A stretch of 38,488 bases of DNA, taken from contig NEEC01000411.1 of assembly GCA_002189035.1 (NCBI GenBank), positions 1-38,488 on the forward strand. The letters are read 5' to 3'. This DNA is from Utricularia gibba (Eukaryota; Plantae; Magnoliophyta). Shown piece after piece: positions 10,771 through 23,900 of this stretch. Every line of letters starts with the position of its first letter. Position 1 is the stretch's first letter. Made by a program: the position numbers and the translations under genes. The notes beneath the pieces were generated by a model. It did no database searches and was not told where the DNA came from. It worked only from the letters and a program-made list of their open reading frames with translations.

Positions 10771-13700
10771 GTATACCATGTCTCTAGTGGCTATTTGATT
10801 CTTTTGCCTTGTATGTTGTTCGCATCAATTTCGAGAACATGAAGCACATTATTAAATGCAGTCACCACGGAATGCCACGTGAGACACTTTTCGTTGTGGC
10901 TTGTTTTTAATATGTCCACAGTTATCGACAAACGTAACTCCAAATTATAATACTTGGAGCTCGAAAAGGGCTTCCCAACAGTGTGCTATGAAGAGCAAGG
11001 ATCTGCATGTTATGCAAGAGGTGCTTCGCGGGGATGTGCGACGTAGTCATTTCATTGCGCATCATCATTCGGGGTGCATCCTAAAATCACACGTGCACGG
11101 GATTCATTAAAAATAAATATTTACGCATATCCAGAGTGTATAACAGTGTTGGGATAAGTGATGCCACGAAATTCATGATGTAGCATGTGACTTTTTTCCA
11201 ACTTGATCGCATAGTAGATGAATTCTGACACCATATGTTTTGGCTTTTGATTGATGCATTTAGTTGCTATGATACTTCTGATTCTTGATGCACCATTCCG
11301 TATACCATGTCTCTAGTGGCTATTTGATTCTTTTGCCTTGTATGTTGTTCGCATCAATTTCGAGAACATGAAGCACATTATTAAATGCAGTCACCACGGA
11401 ATGCCACGTGAGACACTTTTCGTTGTGGCTTGTTTTTAATATGTCCACAGTTATCGGACAAACGTAACTCCAAATTATAATACTTGGAGCTCGAAAAGGG
11501 CTTCCCAACAGTGTGCTATGAAGAGCAAGGATCTGCATGTTATGCAGAGGTGCTTCGCGGACCAGGATGTGCGACGTAGTCATTTCATTGCGCATCATCA
11601 TTCGGGGTGCATAAAAATCACACGTGCACGGATTCATTAAAAATAAATATTTACGCATATCCAGAGTGTATAGTGTTGGGATAAGTGATGCCACGAAATT
11701 CATGATGTAGCATGTGACTTTTTTCCAACTTGATCGCATAGTAGATGAATTCTGACACCATATGTTTTGGCTTTTGATTGATGCATTTAGTTGCTATGAT
11801 ACTTCTGATTTTGATGCACCATTCCGTATACCATGTCTCTAGTGGCTATTTGATTCTTTTGCCTTGTATGTTGTTCGCATCAATTTCGAGAACATGAAGC
11901 ACATTATTAAATGCAGTCACCACGGAATGCCACGTGAGACACTTTTCGTTGTGGCTTGTTTTTAATATGTCCACAGTTATCGACAAACGTAACTCCAAAT
12001 TATAATACTTGGAGCTCGAAAAGGGCTTCCCAACAGTGTGCTATGAAGAGCAAGGATCTGCATGTTATGCAAGAGGTGCTTCGCGGACCAGGATGTGCGA
12101 CGTAGTCATTTCATTGCGCATCATCATTCGGGGTGCAAAAATCACACGTGCACGGATTCATTAAAATAAATATTTACGCATATCCAGAGTGTATAACAGT
12201 GTTGGGATAAGTGATGCCACGAAATTCATGATGTAGCATGTGACTTTTTTCCAACTTGATCGCATAGTAGATGAATTCTGACACCATCATTTAGTTGCTA
12301 TGATACTTCTGATTCTTGATGCACCATTCCCGTATACCATGTCTCTAGTGGCTATTTGATTCTTTTGCCTTGTATGTTGTTCGCATCAATTTCGAGAACA
12401 TGAAGCACATTATTAAATGCAGTCACCACGGAATGCCACGTGAGACACTTTTCGTTGTGGCTTGTTTTAAATATGTCCACAGTTATCGGACAAACGTAAC
12501 TCCAAATTATAATACTTGGAGCTCGAAAGGGCTTCCCAACAGTGTGCTATGAAGAGCAAGGATCTGCATGTTATGCAAGAGGTGCTTCGCGGGATGTGCG
12601 ACGTAGTCATTTCATTGCGCATCATCATTCGGGGTGCATCCTAAAAATCACACGTGCACGGGATTCATTAAAAATAAATATTTACGCATATCCAGAGTGT
12701 ATAACAGTGTTGGGATAAGTGATGCCACGAAATTCATGATGTAGCATGTGACTTTTTTCCAACTTGATCGCATAGTAGATGAATTCTGACACCATATGTT
12801 ATTGATGCATTTAGTTGCTATGATACTTCTGATTCTTGATGCACCATTCCCGTATACCATGTCTCTAGTGGCTATTTGATTCTTTTGCTTGTATGTTGTT
12901 CGCATCAATTTCGAGAACATGAAGCACATTATTAAATGCAGTCACCACGGAATGCCACGTGAGACACTTTTCGTTGTGGCTTTTTTAATATGTCCACAGT
13001 TATCGGACAAACGTAACTCCAAATTATAATACTTGGAGCTCGAAAAGGGCTTCCCAACAGTGTGCTATGAAGAGCAAGGATCTGCATGTTATGCAGAGGT
13101 GCTTCGCCAGGATGTGCGACGTAGTCATTTCATTGCGCATCATCATTCGGGGTGCATCCTAAAAATCACACGTGCACGGATTCATTAAAAATAAATATTT
13201 ACGCATATCCAGAGTTATAACAGTGTTGGGATAAGTGATGCCACGAAATTCATGATGTAGCATGTGACTTTTTTCCAACTTGATCGCATAGTAGATGAAT
13301 TCTGACACCATATGTTTTGGCTTTGATTGATGCATTTAGTTGCTATGATACTTCTGATTCTTGATGCACCATTCCCGTATACCATGTCTCTAGTGGCTAT
13401 TTGATTCTTTTGCCTTGTATGTTGTTCGCATCAATTTCGAGAACATGAAGCACATTATTAAATGCAGTCACCACGGAATGCCACGTGAGACACTTTTCGT
13501 TGTGGCTTGTTTTTAATATGTCCACAGTTATCGGACAAACGTAACTCCAAATTATAATACTTGGAGCTCGAAAAGGGCTTCCCAACAGTGTGCTATGAAG
13601 AGCAAGGATCTGCATGTTATGCAAGAGGTGCTTCGCGGACCAGGATGTGCGACGTAGTCATTTCATTGCGCATCATCATTCGGGGTGCATCCTAAAAATC

Positions 13701-15990
13701 ACACGTGCACGGGATTCATTAAAAAATAAATATTTACGCATATCCAGAGTGTATAACAGTGTTGGGATAAGTGATGCCACGAAATTCATGATGTAGCATG
13801 TGACTTTTTTCCAACTTGATCGCATAGTAGATGAATCTGACACCATATGTTTTGGCTTTGATTGATGCATTTAGTTGCTATGATACTTCTGATTCTTGAT
13901 GCACCATTCCCGTATACCATGTCTCTAGTGGCTATTTGATTCTTTTGCCTTGTATGTTGTTCGCATCAATTTCGAGAACATGAAGCACATTATTAAATGC
14001 ACACCACGGAATGCCACGTGAGACACTTTTCGTTGTGGCTTGTTTTTAATATGTCCACAGTTATCGGACAAACGTAACTCCAAATTATAATACTTGGAGC
14101 TCGAAAAGGGCTTCCCAACAGTGTGCTATGAAGAGCAAGGATCTGCATGTTATGCAAGAGGTGCTTCGCGCCAGGATGTGCGACGTAGTCATTTCATTGC
14201 GCATCATCATTCGGGGTGCATCCTAAAAATCACACGTGCACGGATTCATTAAAAATAAATATTTACGCATATCCAGAGTGTATAACAGTGTTGGGATAAG
14301 TGATGCCACGAAATTCATGATGTAGCATGTGACTTTTTTCCAACTTGATCGCATAGTGAATTCTGACACCATATGTTTTGGCTTTGATTGATGCATTTAG
14401 TTGCTATGATACTTCTGATTCTTGATGCACCATTCCCGGTCTCTAGTGGCTATTTGATTCTTTTGCCTTGTATGTTGTTCGCATCAATTTCGAGAACATG
14501 AAGCACATTATTAAATGCAGTCACCACGGAATGCCACGTGAGACACTTTTCGTTGTGGCTTGTTTTTAATATGTCCACAGTTATCGGACAAACGTAACTC
14601 CAAATTATAATACTTGGAGCTCGAAAAGGGCTTGTGCTATGAAGAGCAAGGATCTGCATGTTATTGCTTCGCGGAGGATGTGCGACGTAGTCATTTCATT
14701 GCGCATCATCATTCGGGGTGCATCCTAAAAATCACACGTGCACGGGATTCATTAAAAATAAATATTTACGCATATCCAGAGATAACAGTGTTGGGATAAG
14801 TGATGCCACGAAATTCATGATGTAGCATGTGACTTTTTTCCAACTTGATCGCATAGTAGATGATTCTGACACCATATTTTGGCTTTTGATTGATGCATTT
14901 AGTTGCTATGATACTTCTGATTCTTGATGCACCATTCCCATACCATGTCTCTAGTGGCTATTTGATTCTTTTGCCTTGTATGTTGTTCGCATCAATTTCG
15001 AGAACATGAAGCACATTATTAAATGCAGTCACCACGGAATGCCACGTGAGACACTTTTCGTTGTGGCTTGTTTTTAATATGTCCACAGTTATCGGACAAA
15101 CGTAACTCCAAATTATAATACTTGGAGCTCGAAAAGGGCTTCCAACAGTGTGCTATGAAGAGCAAGGATCTGCATGTTATGCAGAGGTGCTTCGCGGACC
15201 AGGATGTGCGACATAGTCATTCATTGCGCATCATCATTCGGGGTGCATAAAAATCACACGTGCACGGATTCATTAAAAATAAATATTTACGCATATCCAG
15301 AGTGTATAACAGTGTTGGGATAAGTGATGCCACGAAATTCATGATGTAGCATGTGACTTTTTTCCAACTTGATCGCATAGTAGATGAATTCTGACACCAT
15401 ATGTTTTGGCTTTGATTGATGCATTTAGTTGCTATGATACTTCTGATTCTTGATGCACCATTCCCGTATACCATGTCTCTAGTGGCTATTTGATTCTTTT
15501 GCCTTGTATGTTGTTCGCATCAATTTCGAGAACATGAAGCACATTATTAAATGCAGTCACCACGGAATGCCACGTGAGACACTTTTCGTTGTGGCTTGTT
15601 TTTAATATGTCCACAGTTATCGGACAAACGTAACTCCAAATTATAATACTTGGAGCTCGAAAAGGGCTTCCAACAGTGTGCTATGAAGAGCAAGGATCTG
15701 CATGTTATGCAAGAGGTGCTTCGCGGACCAGGATGTGCGACGTAGTCATTTCATTGCGCATCATCATTCGGGGTGCATCCTAAAATCACACGTGCACGGA
15801 TTCATTAAAATAAATATTTACGCATATCCAGAGTGTATAACAGTGTTGGGATAAGTGATGCCACGAAATTCATGATGTAGCATGTGACTTTTTTCCAACT
15901 TGATCGCATAGTAGATGAATTCTGACACCATATGTTTTGATTGATGCATTTAGTTGCTATGATACTTCTGATTCTTGATGCACCATTCCC

Positions 15991-17935
15991 GCCATGTCTC
16001 TAGTGGCTATTTGATTCTTTTGCCTTGTATGTTGTTCGCATCAATTTCGAGAACATGAAGCACATTATTAAATGCAGTCACCACGGAATGCCACGTGAGA
16101 CACTTTTCGTTGTGGCTTGTTTTTAATATGTCCACAGTTATCGGACAAACGTAACTCCAAATTATAATACTTGGAGCTCGAAAGGGCTTCCCAACAGTGT
16201 GCTATGAAGAGCAAGGATCTGCATGTTATGCAAGGTGCTTCGCGGACCAGGATGTGCGACGTAGTCATTCATTGCGCATCATCATTCGGGTGCAAAAAAT
16301 CACACGTGCACGGATTCATTAAAAATAAATATTTACGCATATCCAGCAGTGTTGGGATAAGTGATGCCACGAAATTCATGATGTAGCATGTGACTTTTTT
16401 CCAATTGATCGCATAGTCTGACACCATATGTTTTGGCCATTTAGTTGCTATGATACTTCTGATTCTTGATGCACCATTCCATACCATGTCTCTAGTGGCT
16501 ATGCCTCGCATCAACGAGAACATGAAGCACACAGTCACCACGGAATGCCACGTGAGACACTTTTCGTTGTGGCTTGTTTTTATATGTCCACAGTTATCGG
16601 ACAAACGTAACTCCAAATTATAATACTTGAGCTCGAAAGGGCTTCCAACAGTGTGCTATGAAGAGCAAGGATCTGCATGTTATGCAAGAGGTGCTTCGCG
16701 GAAGGATGTGCGACGTAGTCATTTCATTGCGCATCATCATTCGGGTGCATCCTAAAAATCACACGTGCACGGGATTCATTAAAAATAAATATTTACGCAT
16801 ATCCAGAGTGTATAACAGTGTTGATAAGTGATGCCACGAAATTCATGATGTAGCATGTGACTTTTTTCCAACTTGATCGCATAGTAGATGAATTGACGGC
16901 TTTGATTGATGCATTTAGTTGCTATGATACTTCTGATTCTTGATGCACCATTCCCGTATACCATGTCTCTAGTGGCCTTTTGCCTTGTATGTTGTTCGCA
17001 TCAATTTCGAGAACATGAAGCACATTATTAAATGCATCACCACGGAATGCCACGTGAGACACTTTTCGTTGGCTTGTTTTTAATATGTCCACAGTTATCG
17101 GACAAACGTAACTCCAAATTATAATACTTGGAGCTCGAAAAGGGCTTGTGCTATGAAGAGCAAGGATCTGCATGTTATGCAAGAGGTGCTTCGCGGACCA
17201 GGATGTGCGTAGTCATTTCATTGCGCATCATCATTCGGGGTGCATCCTAAAAATCACACGTGCATTCATTAAAAATAAATATTTACGCATATCCACCCAC
17301 GAAATTCATGATGTAGCATGTGACTTTTTCCAACTTGATCGCATAGTAGATGAATTCTGACACCATATGTTTTGATTGCATTTAGTTGCTATGATACTTC
17401 TGATTCTTGATGCACCATTCCCGTATACCATGTCTCTAGTGGCTATTTGACCTTGTATGTTGTTCGCATCAATTTCGAGAACATGAAGCACATTATTAAA
17501 TGCAGTCACCACGGAATGCCACGTGAGACACTTTTCGTTGTGGCTTGTTTTAATATGTCCACAGTTATCGGACAAACGTAACTCCAAATTATAATACTTG
17601 GAGCTCGAAAAGGGCTTCCAACAGTGTGCTATGAAGAGCAAGGATCTGCATGTTGCAAGAGGTGCTTCGCGGACCAGGATGTGCGACGTAGTCATTTCAT
17701 TGCGCATCATCATTCGGGTGCATCCTAAAAATCACACGTGCACGGATTCATTAAAAATAAATATTTACGCATATCCAGACAGTGTTGGGATAAGTGATGC
17801 ACGAAATTCATGATGTAGCATGTGACTTTTTTCCAACTTGATCGCATAGTAGATGAATTCTGACACCATATGTTTTGGCTTTTGATTGATGCATTTAGTT
17901 GCTATGATACTTCTGATTCTTGATGCACCATTCCC
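15991..17935. repeat. Second block of heavily deleted monomers (copies 32-35)
   Basis: Copy lengths are about 489, 476, 467 and 513 bp, with clustered multi-base deletions. Confidence 0.85.
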
Positions 17936-20900
17936 GTATACCATGTCTCTAGTGGCTATTTGATTCTTTTGCCTTGTATGTTGTTCGCATCAATTTCGAG
18001 AACATGAAGCACATTATTAAATGCAGTCACCACGGAATGCCACGTGAGACACTTTTCGTTGTGGCTTGTTTTTAATATGTCCACAGTTATCGGACAAACG
18101 TAACTCCAAATTATAATACTTGGAGCTCGAAAAGGGCTTCCAACAGTGTGCTATGAAGAGCAAGGATCTGCATGTTATGCAAGAGGTGCTTCGCGGACCA
18201 GGATGTGCGACGTAGTCATTTCATTGCGCATCATCATTCGGGTGCATAAAAATCACACGTGCACGGATTCATTAAAAATAAATATTTACGCATATCCAGA
18301 GTGTATAACAGTGTTGGGATAAGTGATGCCACGAAATTCATGATGTAGCATGTGACTTTTTTCCAACTTGATCGCATAGTAGATGAATTCTGACACCATA
18401 TGTTTTGGCTTTTGATTGATGCATTTAGTTGCTATGATACTTCTGATTCTTGATGCACCATTCCCGTATACCATGTCTCTAGTGGCTATTTGATTCTTTT
18501 GCCTTGTATGTTGTTCGCATCAATTTCGAGAACATGAAGCACATTATTAAATGCAGTCACCACGGAATGCCACGTGAGACACTTTTCGTTGTGGCTTGTT
18601 TTTAATATGTCCACAGTTATCGGACAAACGTAACTCCAAATTATAATACTTGGAGCTCGAAAAGGGCTTCCAACAGTGTGCTATGAAGAGCAAGGATCTG
18701 CATGTTATGCAGAGGTGCTTCGCGGACCAGGATGTGCGACGTAGTCATTTCATTGCGCATCATCATTCGGGGTGCATCCTAAAAATCACACGTGCACGGA
18801 TTCATTAAAAATAAATATTTACGCATATCCAGAGTGTATAACAGTGTTGGGATAAGTGATGCACGAAATTCATGATGTAGCATGTGACTTTTTTCCAACT
18901 TGATCGCATAGTAGATGAATTCTGACACCATATGTTTTGGCTTTTGATTGATGCATTTAGTTGCTATGATACTTCTGATTCTTGATGCACCATTCCCGTA
19001 TACCATGTCTCTAGTGGCTATTTGATTCTTTTGCCTTGTATGTTGTTCGCATCAATTTCGAGAACATGAAGCACATTATTAAATGCAGTCACCACGGAAT
19101 GCCACGTGAGACACTTTTCGTTGTGGCTTGTTTTTAATATGTCCACAGTTATCGGACAAACGTAACTCCAAATTATAATACTTGGAGCTCGAAAGGGCTT
19201 CCAACAGTGTGCTATGAAGAGCAAGGATCTGCATGTTATGCAAGAGGTGCTTCGCGGACAGGATGTGCGACGTAGTCATTTCATTGCGCATCATCATTCG
19301 GGGTGCATCCTAAAAATCACACGTGCACGGATTCATTAAAAATAAATATTTACGCATATCCAGAGTATATAACAGTGTTGGGATAAGTGATGCCACGAAA
19401 TTCATGATGTAGCATGTGACTTTTTTCCAACTTGATCGCATAGTAGATGAACTGACACCATGTTTTTGGCTTGATTGATGCATTTAGTTGCTATGATACT
19501 TCTGATTCTTGATGCACCATTCCCGGTCTCTAGTGGCTATTTGATTCTTTTGCCTTGTATGTTGTTCGCATCAATTTCGAGAACATGAAGCACATTATTA
19601 AATGCAGTCACCACGGAATGCCACGTGAGACACTTTTCGTTGTGGCTTGTTTTTAATATGTCCACAGTTATCGGACAAACGTAACTCCAAATTATAATAC
19701 TTGGAGCTCGAAAAGGCTTCCCAACAGTGTGCTATGAAGAGCAAGGATCTGCATGTTATGCAAGAGGTGCTTCGCGGACCAGGATGTGCGACGTAGTCAT
19801 TTCATTGCGCATCATCATTCGGGTGCATCCTAAAAATCACACGTGCACGGATTCATTAAAAATAAATATTTACGCATATCCAGAGTGTATAACAGTGTTG
19901 GGATAAGTGATGCCACGAAATTCATGATGTAGCATGTGACTTTTTTCCAACTTGATCGCATAGTAGATGAATTCTGACACCATATGTTTTGGCTTTTGAT
20001 TGATGCATTTAGTTGCTATGATACTTCTGATTCTTGATGCACCATTCCCATACCATGTCTCTAGTGGCTATTTGATTCTTTTGCCTTGTATGTTGTTCGC
20101 ATCAATTTCGAGAACATGAAGCACATTATTAAATGCAGTCACCACGGAATGCCACGTGAGACACTTTTCGTTGTGGCTTGTTTTTAATATGTCCACAGTT
20201 ATCGGACAAACGTAACTCCAAATTATAATACTTGGAGCTCGAAAAGGGCTTCCAACAGTGTGCTATGAAGAGCAAGGATCTGCATGTTATGCAGAGGTGC
20301 TTCGCGGACCAGGATGTGCGACGTAGTCATTTCATTGCGCATCATCATTCGGGGTGCATCCTAAAAATCACACGTGCACGGATTCATTAAAAATAATATT
20401 TACGCATATCCAGAGTGATAACAGTGTTGGGATAAGTGATGCACGAAATTCATGATGTAGCATGTGACTTTTTTCCAACTTGATCGCATAGTAGATGAAT
20501 CTGACACCATATGTTTTGGCTTTTGATTGATGCATTTAGTTGCTATGATACTTCTGATTCTTGATGCACCATTCCCGTATACCATGTCTCTAGTGGCTAT
20601 TTGATTCTTTTGCCTTGTATGTTGTTCGCATCAATTTCGAGAACATGAAGCACATTATTAAATGCAGTCACCACGGAATGCCACGTGAGACACTTTTCGT
20701 TGTGGCTTGTTTTAATATGTCCACAGTTATCGGACAAACGTAACTCCAAATTATAATACTTGGAGCTCGAAAAGGGCTTCCCAACAGTGTGCTATGAAGA
20801 GCAAGATCTGCATGTTATGCAAGAGGTGCTTCGCGGACCAGGATGTGCGACGTAGTCATTTCATTGCGCATCATCATTCGGGTGCATCCTAAAAATCACA

Positions 20901-23900
20901 CGTGCACGGATTCATTAAAAATAAATATTTACGCATATCCAGAGTGTATAACAGTGTTGGGATAAGTGATGCACGAAATTCATGATGTAGCATGTGACTT
21001 TTTTCCAACTTGATCGCATAGTAGATGAATTCTGACACCATATGTTTTGGCTTTTGATTGATGCATTTAGTTGCTATGATACTTCTGATTCTTGATGCAC
21101 CATTCCCGTATACCATGTCTCTAGTGGCTATTTGATTCTTTTGCCTTGTATGTTGTTCGCATCAATTTCGAGAACATGAAGCACATTATTAAATGCAGTC
21201 ACCACGGAATGCCACGTGAGACACTTTTCGTTGTGGCTTTTTTAATATGTCCACAGTTATCGGACAAACGTAACTCCAAATTATAATACTTGGAGCTCGA
21301 AAAGGCTTCCCAACAGTGTGCTATGAAGAGCAAGGATCTGCATGTTATGCAGAGGTGCTTCGCGGACCAGGATGTGCGACGTAGTCATTCATTGCGCATC
21401 ATCATTCGGGGTGCATCCTAAAAATCACACGTGCACGGATTCATTAAAAATAAATATTTACGCATATCCAGATTATATACAGTGTTGGATAAGTGATGCC
21501 ACGAAATTCATGATGTAGCATGTGACTTTTTTCCAACTTGATCGCATAGTAGATGAAGTCTGACACCATATGTTTTGGCTTTGATTGATGCATTTAGTTG
21601 CTATGATACTTCTGATTCTTGATGCACCATTCCCGTATACCATGTCTCTAGTGGCTATTTGATTCTTTTGCCTTGTATGTTGTTCGCATCAATTTCGAGA
21701 ACATGAAGCACATTATTAAATGCAGTCACCACGGAATGCCACGTGAGACACTTTTCGTTGTGGCTTGTTTTTAATATGTCCACAGTTATCGGACAAACGT
21801 AACTCCAAATTATAATACTTGGAGCTCGAAAAGGGCTTCCCAACAGTGTGCTATGAAGAGCAAGGATCTGCATGTTATGCAAGAGGTGCTTCGCGGACCA
21901 GGATGTGCGACGTAGTCATTTCATTGCGCATCATCATTCGGGTGCATCCTAAAAATCACACGTGCACGGGATTCATTAAAAATAAATATTTACGCATATC
22001 CAGAGTGTATAAACAGTGTTGGATAAGTGATGCCACGAAATTCATGATGTAGCATGTGACTTTTTTCCAACTTGATCGCATAGTAGATGAATTCTGACAC
22101 CATATGTTTTGGCTTTGATTGATGCATTTAGTTGCTATGATACTTCTGATTCTTGATGCACCATTCCCGTATACCATGTCTCTAGTGGCTATTTGATTCT
22201 TTTGCCTTGTATGTTGTTCGCATCAATTTCGAGAACATGAAGCACATTATTAAATGCAGTCACCACGGAATGCCACGTGAGACACTTTTCGTTGTGGCTT
22301 GTTTTTAATATGTCCACAGTTATCGGACAAACGTAACTCCAAATTATAATACTTGGAGCTCGAAAAGGGCTTCCCAACAGTGTGCTATGAAGAGCAAGGA
22401 TCTGCATGTTATGCAAGAGGTGCTTCGCGGACCAGGATGTGCGACGTAGTCATTTCATTGCGCATCATCATTCGGGGTGCATCCTAAAAATCACACGTGC
22501 ACGGATTCATTAAAAATAAATATTTACGCATATCCAGAGTATAACAGTGTTGGGATAAGTGATGCCACGAAATTCATGATGTAGCATGTGACTTTTTTCC
22601 AACTTGATCGCATAGTAGATGAAGTCTGACACCATATGTTTTGGCTTTGATTGATGCATTTAGTTGCTATGATACTTCTGATTCTTGATGCACCATTCCC
22701 GTATACCATGTCTCTAGTGGCTATTTGATTCTTTTGCCTTGTATGTTGTTCGCATCAATTTCGAGAACATGAAGCACATTATTAAATGCAGTCACCACGG
22801 AATGCCACGTGAGACACTTTTCGTTGTGGCTTGTTTTTAATATGTCCACAGTTATCGGACAAACGTAACTCCAAATTATAATACTTGGAGCTCGAAAAGG
22901 GCTTCCCAACAGTGTGCTATGAAGAGCAAGGATCTGCATGTTATGCGAGAGGTGCTTCGCGGACCAGGATGTGCGACGTAGTCATTTCATTGCGCATCAT
23001 CATTCGGGGTGCATCCTAAAAATCACACGTGCACCGGATTCATTAAAAATAAATATTTACGCATATCCAGAGTGTATAACAGTGTTGGGATAAGTGATGC
23101 CACGAAATTCATGATGTAGCATGTGACTTTTTTCCAACTTGATCGCATAGTAGATGAATTCTGACACCATATGTTTTGGCTTTGATTGATGCATTTAGTT
23201 GCTATGATACTTCTGATTCTTGATGCACCATTCCCGTATACCATGTCTCTAGTGGCTATTTGATTCTTTTGCCTTGTATGTTGTTCGCATCAATTTCGAG
23301 AACATGAAGCACATTATTAAATGCAGTCACCACGGAATGCCACGTGAGACACTTTCGTTGTGGCTTGTTTTTAATATGTCCACAGTTATCGGACAAACGT
23401 AACTCCAAATTATAATACTTGGAGCTCGAAAGGGCTTCCCAACAGTGTGCTATGAAGAGCAAGGATCTGCATGTTATGCAAGAGGTGCTTCGCGGACCAG
23501 GATGTGCGACGTAGTCATTTCATTGCGCATCATCATTCGGGGTGCATCCTAAAAATCACACGTGCACGGATTCATTAAAAATAAATATTTACGCATATCC
23601 AGAGTATATAACAGTGTTGGGATAAGTGATGCCACGAAATTCATGATGTAGCATGTGACTTTTTTCCAACTTGATCGCATAGTAGATGAAGTCTGACACC
23701 ATATGTTTTGGCTTTTGATTGATGCATTTAGTTGCTATGATACTTCTGATTCTTGATGCACCATTCCCGTATACCATGTCTCTAGTGGCTATTTGATTCT
23801 TTTGCCTTGTATGTTGTTCGCATCAATTTCGAGAACATGAAGCACATTATTAAATGCAGTCACCACGGAATGCCACGTGAGACACTTTTCGTTGTGGCTT

